From Tubiluchus corallicola (Eukaryota; Animalia; Priapulida): a stretch of DNA of 48,274 nt. The stretch's first letter is position 1, and each line of letters begins with the position of its first letter. The notes beneath the pieces were generated by a model. It saw nothing but the letters and a program-made list of their open reading frames with translations. It had not been told where the DNA came from and searched no databases. The DNA is taken from positions 1-48,274 of the forward strand of contig JAQGDQ010001307.1 in assembly GCA_030141605.1 (NCBI GenBank), in the 5' to 3' direction. Position numbers and translations under genes: made by a program. Shown piece after piece: positions 1-11,799 of this stretch.

Positions 1-175
1 AATAGGACACCTTGGGGGAAAACACTGGTCATTTAGTAGTAGTAGTAGGAATATCTTTACAGAGATCTTTAACATTCTTTCGGTGCTGGTCACCAATATC
101 CCAGTTACAGAACCTGATGATAGTAGTGACATATAGTATGAATATTAAACATGTATTATACAATCCTTATTACAG

Positions 176-3100
176 ATATAATGGATAGAGAGCCAGACCC
201 ATGTGATACTGTACACGGACGGGGATATAACTGTGTACCAAACAGCACTTATTGTAAACCTGACTCGTGGGAGGGACCAAATGATGGAATCACAAATTTT
301 GATCATTTTGGGTTGGCAATGTTGACTGTGTTTCAGTGTGTCACCATGGAGGGTTGGACAGATGTTTTGTATTATGTAAGTTGAAAAGGTTTTGCAACAG
401 TATGTGTTAGGAAGTGATGTTAAACAAAAGCCACATCAAACTTTTGGAGATGCAATTGTCTCATTATTAATTAGTTTGCTGATGTTTAACAAAAAAAAAG
501 AATTCATAATTAATGTCTGAAATCTGCTGGCTGTAGCAGTCACTTCACTGTACTTGTTACGTCACTCTTTAAGAACTAAACTAACTAGGTCATACAGGTA
601 ACAAACTCAGGTGTGGGATGTCAATTTGGCACAATTTAGAATAAACAAGAAGTTCCTAACATATGTCTTGGTCGTTATATTGATGCATTTTTAGGAAATT
701 TTGCTCTTCAATGCAAAGAATATGGCAAAGAATAGGATTTTATAATTCGTGATAAATCTAGCTACAAGTGCATTTTTTATGATTTAATTAGAATTGAAAC
801 AATATCAAATTTTAAACCATAACTCAAAAAGGTATGCTGTCTGAAATGTTCAACTTGTTCTTAGTCACATATATTTAGATAGGCAATGGTACCTATTTCT
901 CAGAAACACATTTTTCAGAAGATATCCATTATACTGATTCTGAACCAGCTATATATATAAGCAAACCCAAACATGATGTGAGGATGACCTTTTGTAGTCT
1001 TGCATTAACCCTTAGATAAACTTGAAATATGAAATTTTGAACTTAAAATTTACCAGGTTTTGTGTTTTGTTTATGTTGGCAATGCCACGTGGCAGTGCTG
1101 TATTTCAATTCTCGTTTTCGCAAACATATGCAAGACCAACTGTGGCAGGTTCTTGTCATTAACAAATTTACACCACTGGTTACACTAACGTATTAGCTGA
1201 GTAACCCTGAGTATAACCCTGAGTATACTTCTTTAAGTATGCATTAAAATGAAGTTATAGATCTGTAATGATAAGTTTGGATTTTATCCATTATTTTTGC
1301 AATATTTTTTTGGCTTTGATCAACAGCAGATTTACGCTATTGTAATTTTTTGATTAAAATGACTTAAATTAATGTTTTCCTACAATAGTTCTTCTTACAT
1401 TGAAAAGCCATGTTACAGTATAGGGTAGTCACATAGAACAACATTTAAGGAAACAGTACTTGTTATTGTCAGCACAATAAGTAGTGAATAAAAGTATCAA
1501 CTAAAGAGTTTAAAATTAAAAGTCAAGTGAAATTTGTTTTTCATATTTTACTTGATGAAATTCAACTATGATGGTTAGTTCTTTTCTGTAAAGAATTTGT
1601 AGAGAGGCACTGGTTATTGGACTGTGGTTTTTTTGATTACATGCAATAACAAAAACAAATACTCGAAATGTAATCTTAAAAACTAGCAACTAACTTTTGT
1701 CTTGTTTCAGATTCAAGATGCAATGGGAAACTCTTGGCCTTGGATTTACTTCATCAGCTTAATGATCATAGGAGCTTTCTTCGTACTTAATCTTGTATTA
1801 GGTGTTCTTAGCGGGTGAGTCTTTTGAAATCTAAAGATTTCAAAAAGTCTAATACCAAAAGTCTTTGTATTTTTGTATTTTTTATATAATGCAGCACATT
1901 ATAAACCAGAGTCCAGCATTTTTGGCAGGGTAATTATTTGTGGCAAGAACCAGAATCAGACTCATTATCAAGTCTAGTCTTCTAACCTGAATGAAGTGTC
2001 TTTACCATGTTTGGAGATCTCTATGTCCTTCTTTATCCTGAGAAGAAATAGAATCCAAGTGGCAAAAGAATGATTCACTGACTAGATTCGGCCTTCTTGT
2101 ATCACTTGCTAAGTTTTTGAGGTGAGTGAATAACCGAATGGTCACAGCCAGTGTTTGGCGACTTCCGGTAAGATCGGCACTCAGGCTTTTTAGTGAATGG
2201 ATGGGTGAACAATTTTAATTCTTGCTTTAGGTGGTCTCATTTGCTTTACTGGTTCTGGCTGTATTCTCATCCAAACGTGGCCGAGACACTTCTACCAGTT
2301 TAGCTTCTACTGGTAATCTTACATGCACAGCTTTGCTAATGGTTCATGGTCATGTCACAACACGCTTGCTGTTCTATATTAATTTTGTTTGTATTATTTT
2401 ATCCTAGTGAATTTTCCAAAGAAAGAGAAAAAGCCCGTAAGCGTGGAGAATTTCAGGAGCTTCGTGACAAGAAGCAGCTGGAGGAGGACCTTCGAGGTTA
2501 CCTGGACTGGATTAATCAAGCAGGTACTAACGAAATAAAAGAGACATAGTATCAGGAAATGATACTTTTGATGAACATTTCTATGTGTTGTGTTGTGTAA
2601 ATGAACTAGTCTGGAATGTGAAGCATTTGATTACTCTTACATTTTGGTTGCATGTAAAATGTACAAATTTACATATGCATATTTGTTCTTCCGGCATTTC
2701 CTTTTACCATTGTCATAGAATCCATTTTTTCGTAAAAGTTTCAAATACGAAGTAACACTTTTTTAGCATCACAATGTAAACACTGACTAAAAATTATTAC
2801 ACAAACTAGACTATTATCACAGAGAAATAGACCTCTTTATAGCATTACTAACCAAGTGAGTAAGTTGCATCTATTATTTGTATGATAGAAAACAAGCAGG
2901 TTTACTTAACTAATTAATTGAGTTACCATTTTTTTGGTTTTTTGAAATTCTGTAGTACTCTTGCTCAACTTAACAGCAAACAAAACTGTTGTTATAAGAT
3001 TCATTTATGCGTAATTTTGTCACACATAAAGCATAACATATAATTTTACATTCCATTAAACAGAGGATATTGAGGAGGGTGACAAAGGTGACGACAGTAA

Positions 3101-6100
3101 GCCCGCCATTGAAGTTGACACTGGAGATAACGGCGAAGAGGACGAGCAGGAAGAGGTGATTCGTTGCATATGGCTCTCGCAGAAACGTGCTGAACTGAGA
3201 CGGTTCAATAAACGATGTCGCAGGACGTGTCGCAGAGCGGTCAAGTCGCAAGCTTTTTATTGGGTTGTCATTACCATGGTGTTCTTGAATACTGTGGTGT
3301 TGGCATCGGAACATCACAATCAACCTCATTGGCTTGATGATTTTCAAAGTGAGTCTCATTTATTCACAAAAATGTTTATCCTGTAACATTTTGCTTATTG
3401 TTGAGAACTATCCAAATTTTCGCAATTTGTAATTGTTGTGCCGGTTTGACATTTTAAATCCTTTTCAGAATTATTCACTTTCTTTTGGCTACTACTAATT
3501 TTTTTCTGTAATATTCTATCTGCCTTACAGAGTGAAGACAAACTAGTAAATGTTTATGTATAAATTATATCAATTATCTAACTTTAATTACTTTAATTTC
3601 TGGATTGTGAAAATCAAATAATAAGGCAAGAAGAACACGGTTGTTAAACTTTTAGCCAAAAAAACTTAGATCAGAGGAGAAAATTTGAAGATAATTGGGA
3701 GGATGCGATATGAACTAGAGGCATGCTAGTTTAAATGTGATTGCAAGAATTGAATTCCGTGCTTAAGGAATTAGGTTTGAAATGTCAATGTTTAAGTTAG
3801 TTTAAGTGCAGTTTTTGTAGATTTGTTTTTGTTCATTTGCTTTTAAGATAACAGTATTGTTGATATCGTGCAATAAATATTCCAATTGATCTAAGGCCTT
3901 GCACATATTTCTTTAGATACATATCCACACGTATATGTAAATAAACAATAAGAACACTTTGTGAAAAACGATGTTCAGAAAGTGACTTTCACACAAAAAA
4001 CACACTATTTTACAGGCATAAAATTTCGAATCACTTTGCTCTACTAATGTTTTTCTTGGTTTTTATTTACTTTTTAGCTATAGCAAATCTGTTCTTCGTC
4101 GCTGTTTTCACGTGTGAAATGTTGGTAAAGATGTACAGTCTGGGTTTCCAGCCCTACTTCATGTCGTTGTTCAATAGATTTGATTGTGCCATTGTTCTGG
4201 GCAGCATTGGTGAAGCTACTCTTGTCTACACAGGGGTCATGAAACCTCTGGGTATCAGCGTCCTGCGTTGTGTGCGATTATTACGAGTATTTAAATTTAC
4301 AAGGCAAGTTAGAACTTAATGCTGTAACAGTTCACGCATATTTGTAGAATAAATATATGCTGCTTTGCTTACGGTAAAGAAATTTAACATAACGTTTTTT
4401 CTGATCATTTGGAGAATTTAATGGTTGGTTGGGTTTTTAACGTTTGTCTTGTGGATTGAGAGGTTAGTAGACTGATGTTTGGCTTTAATGATTGCCCAAT
4501 TTGTTGGTTGTGTGATTACAAGCTTGGGACTAGTTAGCTGATGATGGTCAATTAATTATTAATTTCTTAATAAGTAGAATTTTTGGCTGGTTAAATGGCT
4601 TGCAACAGCAATAACTCAATGACAGAGTAATCAACTAATTGACTGACTGGCCAATTTATTGACTAACCAACTGATTCGTAGCTAACCAACTAATAAAGCA
4701 GTAGAGAACTATTTGTGACATCACGCAAAGATGTTTATTAACAGATTTCAACTTAGTTTATTAAGACTGTAGATGATATAACAATTATTGTGTTGGTTAA
4801 AACATTGTACAATTCTGATTTTGGTTTTTAAATTATATAATTTTCTTCACTAGGTACTGGTCAAGCCTGAGCAATTTGGTGACTTCTCTCTTGAATTCAC
4901 TTCGCTCTATTGCCAGCTTGCTTTTGCTTCTGTTCTTGTTCATTCTTATCTTTGCCCTCCTGGGGATGCAGCTTTTTGGCGGAAAGTTCAACTTCATCGA
5001 TGGAACACCTAGAAGTAATTTTGACACATTTGTGCAAGCATTGTTGACAGTATTTCAGGTGAGAAGAGATTTAAACTTTGTTCCCTTTCTTGTAACTATG
5101 TTGATAATTATGTCATTGTTAATTTTGCTTTTATTTACAGATGCTCTTAATAACAATTATTTTTCACATTTCAGATACTGACAGGTGAGGATTGGAATGC
5201 AGTCATGTACTATGGGATTAACGCTTATGGTGGAATTGATGGGACAGGAGGATTTGTTAGCCTCTATTTCATAATTCTCTTCATATGTGGAAACTGTATT
5301 CTTTTAGAAACAATAAGATTGAAAAGTTAGATTAGACATAAATGGTGTAAATTTCTGAGCCTGAAAATTAACTTCTGTTTTCAATGGTAGCATAGCTGCC
5401 CGAAAAACAGAAAGTCTTTAGTTTAAGTCCAGTCGAGGGGAAAAATTTTTCAGAACTTCCGAAGCAACACAATGTTTAGTATTGCTTTTGCGCACTTATA
5501 TAATAGCATCATATATGTTCATTTTTTACACCTATAAGTGTTCATTCCTTAACATAAATTTAGATATCTTGCTAAATGTGTTCTTGGCCATTGCCGTGGA
5601 TAATTTAGCAGATGCAGATAGTCTGACTGTTATCGAAAAAGAGGAGAAAGAGCAGAAAGAGCAGAAGAAGAAAAAAGAAGTTAGCAGCGCGACTGGTGAT
5701 ACTTCGGAGGACAAGAAAATGACCGGTACAGGGACTAGTGAAGAAAATGAAGATGACACCAATGATCAAACTACACCCGGATCTGAGTACGCAATAGTTT
5801 AATTTTTCACATTTTTTTCACGTAAGAGCCGATAGTAGTGGGATTTACGTAGGCAGGGAAAGGTTACGCAATTCTGATGTTCGATATAAGCTTTTAGTAT
5901 CAACCTGTTTTGTAATAGAAAAGTTAGACAGAAGTTGCAGTAACCCAGGCATAGTCATTCTCAGCTATGGGAACAGGTGACTATGGCAAGAATGGCTTCA
6001 TTGCTATAAATAGTTTTTGGTTTTGTGTTGCTTTGCATCATATCACCTTTAAACTTTTTATGAAGGTTATAAAAATAGTAGTTATGATCCAAGAAAATCA

Positions 6101-7056
6101 TGTGATTGTGTTTGAATATTTGTACAAGAAATCTCAGCTGGTGGTAATCATAATGAAGATGAAACGCTCATATGTATGGCACCATGTTCAAGTTTGCAGA
6201 GTTTATGTTTGAACAATATGTAAATAATTGATTTATTATTGACGTATACTGTTTGGAATAGACCAGAATTGGTGGCTGTTACTGTTAAAGAACCATTGTT
6301 GCTTTAATTTGCAATTAATGCCAATGCAGGTCAGGTGAATCAGGTGATGAAACCATGGATGATGGAGAGCCAACAGAAGGGGAGACAGAGGAGCCAGGTG
6401 AAACAGAATTTTCTGAAGACAATCCTGACAAAACTACTGGTAAACATTAAAGCCTCTTGTTAACTTATGTTTATGGGGTGTTTATCTAGCAATAGACAGC
6501 TAGTAACTATGGTATTTGCTGCACAAAAATCATTAGTTTTTTTTCTCTTGATCATAATTGTAACATTTGCTGTTGTGAGTTGTGGTCTCTAAGTGTCAGG
6601 CATACAAAAATTAAAACCAGTTTTTTTCTTGCCATCTTGGGATGGGTGATTCGATAACTAAAGTTGTTCGCCAGCCCTTCCCATTTGCTTGTTTTTTAAT
6701 TTATGCCTATTTTTCTATGTATTATAAGTGGGATGAAAAATTAATGATTTGATTCTCTTACCGCCAATATCTAGCATCTACTGCCAAAGTTTTGTTGCAT
6801 AGTTTTGTGAAAATAGCTAAGTATTGAAACTTCATTTTGTCCATGTCTTTTATTTCTAAAAGAAGCTAATTAGTTCGAATTAATTAATAATCACTTATTA
6901 ATGTTGCATTTAAGTAATGTTTTTTGCCTTGAAGCAAGAAACGTTATGCTTTTAGTTTCAGAAGATGATGCAGAAGACGCTACAAGTGTGGGTGCAAGAC
7001 CAAAGCGTCTGACAGAGCGGCAGCTGCACAGAAAAATAGAGCCAATTTCTATCTAA
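176..7056 (+). CDS. Cav1: L-type voltage-gated calcium channel alpha-1 subunit (Cav1, CACNA1C/D-like), internal part: domain I pore to II-III linker; 5' exons lie outside the window and the 3' end is truncated
   Basis: Exons inferred from splice sites and a continuous frame: 176-375, 1711-1814, 2408-2523, 3064-3348, 4078-4303, 4854-5058, 5175-5295, 5564-5786, 6330-6439, 6956-7056. Motifs: pore [11 protein letters not shown]6 [39 protein letters not shown]4 [16 protein letters not shown], pore [12 protein letters not shown]6 [17 protein letters not shown], linker GARPKRLTE. Confidence 0.95.
4304..4853 (+). other. Non-canonical GC-AG intron in Cav1
   Basis: Donor AAG|GCAAGT and acceptor ttcttcactag|GTAC. 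Splicing here restores the conserved KFTRYW; no GT lies at the required position. Confidence 0.85.
5296..5563 (+). other. U12-type (minor spliceosome) GT-AG intron in Cav1 IIS6
   Basis: Donor GTATTCTTTT (U12 consensus RTATCCTTT) and a perfect branch site TTCCTTAAC at 5545-5553, close to the TAG acceptor with no polypyrimidine tract. It splits the Tyr codon of GNY. Confidence 0.85.
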
Positions 7057-7754
7057 AGATAAACCACTTCATGCATTTTATACAGACATTATATTATACA
7101 AACGTCTACTCTAGGCAATTGAAAGTATAGTAAAAACATTTTTCACACTTTTCGAAATGGAAAGGTTATATAAAATGTCTAGGAATTATTTAAATCTCTA
7201 AATTTCAGTATTTGCCCGTAACATGGATATTATCACACCTAAACTCAGTGAACACTTTTCACACCAGAAACAGCAAGTGAAACAAAACCTGTTCAGCTAT
7301 GAGAACTTTTTAATAGATTGGCACACAAAACAAATAAAAGACAGTAACTTGATTAATAGTGCAAATTCTGAAAAACTTTCACATTTGACTTTAACAGTAT
7401 CGTTTCAATGAACAAGTGAAATTTCCTCCTGGGGCAGCTGTGAGGAAACCCCGATTGCTGATGGTCTTGTCTAGCTATGTTTTGAGTGTAAATGAAGTAG
7501 TGACAGCAAAAGCATATGCACACGTATATAAATATATATAAATAATACACATGTACATACCACACTAGCAATGCAACTTGTAGGACTTAGTTGAGTTTGA
7601 TCGATAACATCAAGTGAAGTGAATGTTCTACTTCAAGAATGGTATTAAGCCATCAGCTTCACTTCAAAATTTTAGTTTGTTGTTCAATTCAATGCAAAAA
7701 TATTGGGATGTTGTTTGGTTGAGTGTGATTAATGCAATTCCGTGACAATGTCTG

Positions 7755-8806
7755 TCAAAACGAAATGCTCCAGAAAGCCATTTTAAAGTTGCTGCTAGAA
7801 CAATATATGATTGAATTAACAGCATTATTGATAAGTGCAAGTGCGTATAGAATCTGCGTTGTTTTGTAATATTTCCTTTTATAAGACATCATATAAATAA
7901 AAGTGTCATGCAGACGTACGGGGCCCCAAAAACCACAAAGGTGAAGGTAATGATGACTAGGGTTTTTGTTGCTTTCATCTACATTATATTTGCCTGGCTT
8001 CCTTGACCTTGACTGTGTAACTGTAAGACGTGTCTTCTTGCAGTTCTCCAAATTAGGGCATACAGCACAAGAATCATAAGCACTGGTAAATAAAAGACTA
8101 AAATATTGTCAAGAATTATCATACTCTGCATCTTATACACAAATCTCAATATAATATTAATAACAGCCTGAATTAAAGCTAAAGCCCAAGTAATGCAAAG
8201 TGCAGCAAACATGGCTTCTTTTCTCATGAGGGTGTGATACTTGAATGGATGAACAACAGCTACGTATCTTTCAGTAGCTATCAGGCACAGATGAAAAGAA
8301 TGCATCTATGAAACTATTGTCCAATGACTACTTCAGCGCTTCAACAGTTAGGTGTCTGAAAAGTGTATGTATTATCACACCTTTGAAACTATTGTCCAAT
8401 GACTACTTTAGCACTTCGACAGTTAGGCGTCTGAAATGTGTATGTATTACCACACCTATGAAACTATTGTGACTACTTTGGCACTTCAACAGTTAGATGC
8501 CAGCAATATGTACATATTATCACACTTGTGCAAATTTCATTTCATTTCTTTTCATTTCTGATCAGAATTGGCAGGTAAAACATTACCTACTGCAAACATT
8601 TCATTGAACACGATACAAAAACCACCACATAATAAACTACTAACAATATAAATTACAACACCATATTTAATAATAATAGAAACTGACAGATTCATCAATG
8701 CATAACAAATGGAAAAAATTAATTTTATCAAATGTGTAGTAATGTCAAAATGCAGACGGTAAATTTCACAATTTGTGTATATAATGGTAATTATGAGCTT
8801 TCGCAC
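7755..8806 (-). pseudogene. Class A (rhodopsin-like) GPCR pseudogene, intronless, longer copy
   Basis: TM1-like IYIVSSLLCGGFCIVFN (partly in the palindrome spacer), TM3 HLCLIATERYVAVVHPFKY, TM5 FYLPVLMILVLYALIWRTARRH, TM7 NNAVNSIIY. Frameshifts and stops occur around TM2 and TM6. Confidence 0.85.
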
Positions 8807-8928
8807 AATTTACATTGAAATAATAATGGTTTTTGTATCTATACTATATACTGTGTGCACTAGTCTGTATCTGCCCTTGTTGTATTGATAGTGGTATAAT
8901 ATATTGATAGTGAGCATGTTATTACAAT

Positions 8929-9798
8929 TGGTTTTTGTATCGTGTTCAATGAAATGTTTGCAGTAGGTAATGTTTTACCTGCCAATTCTGATCAGAAATG
9001 AAAAGAAATGAAATGAAATTTGCACAAGTGTAATAATATGTACATATTGCTGGCATCTAACTGTTGAAGTGCCAAAGTAGTCACAATAGTTTCATAGGTG
9101 TGGTAATACATACACATTTCAGACGCCTAACTGTCGAAGTGCTAAAGTAGTCATTGGACAATAGTTTCAAAGGTGTGATAATACATACACTTTTCAGACA
9201 CCTAACTGTTGAAGCGCTGAAGTAGTCATTGGACAATAGTTTCATAGATGCATTCTTTTCATCTGTGCCTGATAGCTACTGAAAGATACGTAGCTGTTGT
9301 TCATCCATTCAAGTATCACATCCTCATGAGAAAAGAAGCCATGTTTGCTGCACTTTGCATTACTTGGGCTTTAGCTTTAATTCAGGCTGTTATTAATATT
9401 ATATTGAGATTTGTGTATAAGATGCAGAGTATGATAATTCTTGACAATATTTTAGTCTTTTATTTACCAGTGCTTATGATTCTTGTGCTGTATGCCCTAA
9501 TTTGGAGAACTGCAAGAAGACACGTCTTACAGTTACACAGTCAAGGTCAAGGAAGCCAGGCAAATATAATGTAGATGAAAGCAACAAAAACCCTAGTCAT
9601 CATTACCTTCACCTTTGTGGTTTTTGGGGCCCCATATGTCTGCATGACACTTTTATTTATATGATGTCTTATAAAAGGAAATATTACAAAACAACGCAGA
9701 TTCTATACGCACTTGCACTTATCAATAATGCTGTTAATCCAATCATATATTGTTCTAGCAGCAACTTTAAAATGGTTTTCTGGAGCATTTCGTTTTGA
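8929..9798 (+). pseudogene. Class A GPCR pseudogene, inverted duplicate truncated within TM1
   Basis: Same ERY and TM5 motifs, an intact NPIIY, and the same disruptions; it lacks the N-terminus found in the spacer. Confidence 0.85.
9028..9247 (+). repeat. Three tandem 70-75 bp units inside the GPCR TM2 region (mirror copy at ~8306-8527)
   Basis: Units start at 9028, 9098 and 9173 and share ctaactgtYgaagYgcYRaagtagtca...caatagtttca. Confidence 0.85.
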
Positions 9799-10600
9799 CA
9801 GACATTGTCACGGAATTGCATTAATCACACTCAACCAAACAACATCCCAATATTTTTGCATTGAATTGAACAACAAACTAAAATTTTGAAGTGAAGCTGA
9901 TGGCTTAATACCATTCTTGAAGTAGAACATTCACTTCACTTGATGTTATCGATCAAACTCAACTAAGTCCTACAAGTTGCATTGCTAGTGTGGTATGTAC
10001 ATGTGTATTATTTACATATATATTTATATACGTGTGCATATGGTTTTGCTGTCACTACTTCATTTACATTCAAGCTGCCTTAGCTAGACAAGACCATCAG
10101 CAATCGGGGTTTCCTCACAGCTGCCCCAGGAGGAAATTTCACTTGTTCATTGAAACGATACTGTTAAAGTCAAATGTGAAAGTTTTTCAGAATTTGCACT
10201 ATTAATCAAGTTACTGTCTTTTATTTGTTTTGTGTGCCAATCTATTAAAAAGTTCTCATAGCTGAACAGGTTTTGTTTCACTTGCTGTTTCTGGTGTGAA
10301 AAGTGTTCACTGAGTTTAGGTGTGATAATATCCATGTTACGGGCAATGTGCAAATTTAGAGATTTTAAATAATTCCTAGACATTTTATATAACACCTTTC
10401 CATTTCAAGAAAAGTGTGAAAAAATGTTTTTACTGCTGCACTTTCAGAATTTACCTAGAGTAGACGTTTGTATAATACTTAATGTCTGTATAAAATGCAT
10501 GAAGTGGTTTTGGTAAAGTGTAAAATGGAGGTAATTTGCCTTGCGTCCAATTTTTTAGGTGATTTTTGCATAATTTAGTGTGATCATTTAATCATTAAAT

Positions 10601-11544
10601 GTGGATTCAGATTTTTGTGGACACCGAAGGAAATTGTGGACCAGTGATCATTTGTGTCCACAAGAAATCAGAGCATGTACACAAAAATCAAGAAAATTTT
10701 GTGGACAAATTCCACGAATGTTGTACAAACTACCAGTGACTTCGGCTTTATTTGCGTAGCATCTTTACGACCGCCTCCAACTTGCTGAGCGAAGCATGTG
10801 GTACGTGTTCCATTGCGGCGGGTGATCATGGTGGTGCTTACCAGAAGATATCACAACAGTTCCATCACTTGAAGTGTGGAACGAGATAGTCCTCCACACT
10901 TCAAGTGATAAAGCTTGCTTCCACAAAGCTTGCAGCCTTATTCAGTCATGGTTTTGTTCACTTGCACTTTGGCCGGAACACAGAGCTACACTCATAGCAT
11001 TTTACGACGCCTAGGCATTTCTTGCGACACTTGTCGCCACGCTTTCCTCCACTTAAGCAGGACCGCTCACAGTTTGGACATCATCATTGATCCAGAAATG
11101 ATCAGTGGGAGTCTTGCCTTTCGCTGTCTCTTTCTCTTTCTCAACATCTTCTTTATCATCTTTACGCTTCTTCCAACCAAAAAGTCGATGAATGCTCTTG
11201 TAAACGACAGGTGCATACATTTAATTTGTATGCATCTGTATGCACCAAATTTAATTACAACGACATGTAAAAGCTTATCAGCAAACAGCAGCCATAATCC
11301 AGTCACATGGTCAAAAATATGGTTACTCCAAAATGACAATTTCAATGTAAGACCAGTGTGAGGTAAAAGACTGACAACCTAAACAGTAAATTTAACAGTA
11401 ACTTGGTGTTTGTGGACGCAAAGACAGAAACCTGTAAACTTTTGTACACGTTTTTTTACTTGTACACAAAAATCCACAAAGAAGGTGACCCCTGAAAAAG
11501 ATGTCCACAAATCTGTTTTGGCGTCCACAAAAATCAAGCACCCC
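10601..11544. mobile_element. Non-autonomous TIR DNA transposon remnant with a Cys-rich (piggyBac CRD-like) coding fragment on the minus strand
   Basis: Imperfect terminal inverted repeats (gatttttgtggacacc vs ggcgtccacaaaaatc) and many subterminal TGTGGAC/TGTACAC motifs. Decayed minus-strand peptides KCYECSSVF and GCKLCGSKLYHLKC. Confidence 0.55.
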
Positions 11545-11608
11545 TATTTTAATATTGTGATGAGTGCTTATAAACAATAAAAATAATAAACTTACAATGA
11601 TAATAATA

Positions 11609-11763
<155 letters not shown>

Positions 11764-11799
11764 TTTTCCTAGATATTTTATACATTAGTCAGGCATCGT

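Larger units (their letters stand above)
7061..10510. repeat. Large inverted repeat: arms 7061-8624 and 8929-10510, spacer ~304 bp
   Basis: The arms are near-identical reverse complements; matching ORF pairs occur on opposite strands (e.g. 7979-8305 minus and 9248-9574 plus). Confidence 0.95.

Noticed and set aside
376-2407. Mutually exclusive duplicate of the IS6 exon (vertebrate 8/8a-like)
   Set aside because: Only one IS6-coding exon (1711-1814) was found.
2970-3359. Minus-strand ORFs over Cav1 exons (also 5532-5762; likewise antisense ORFs over GT49 exons)
   Set aside because: They are antisense shadows of real exons.
5380-5445. tRNA/SINE-like fragment inside the U12 intron
   Set aside because: The resemblance to A and B boxes is only weak, and the sequence cannot be folded convincingly.
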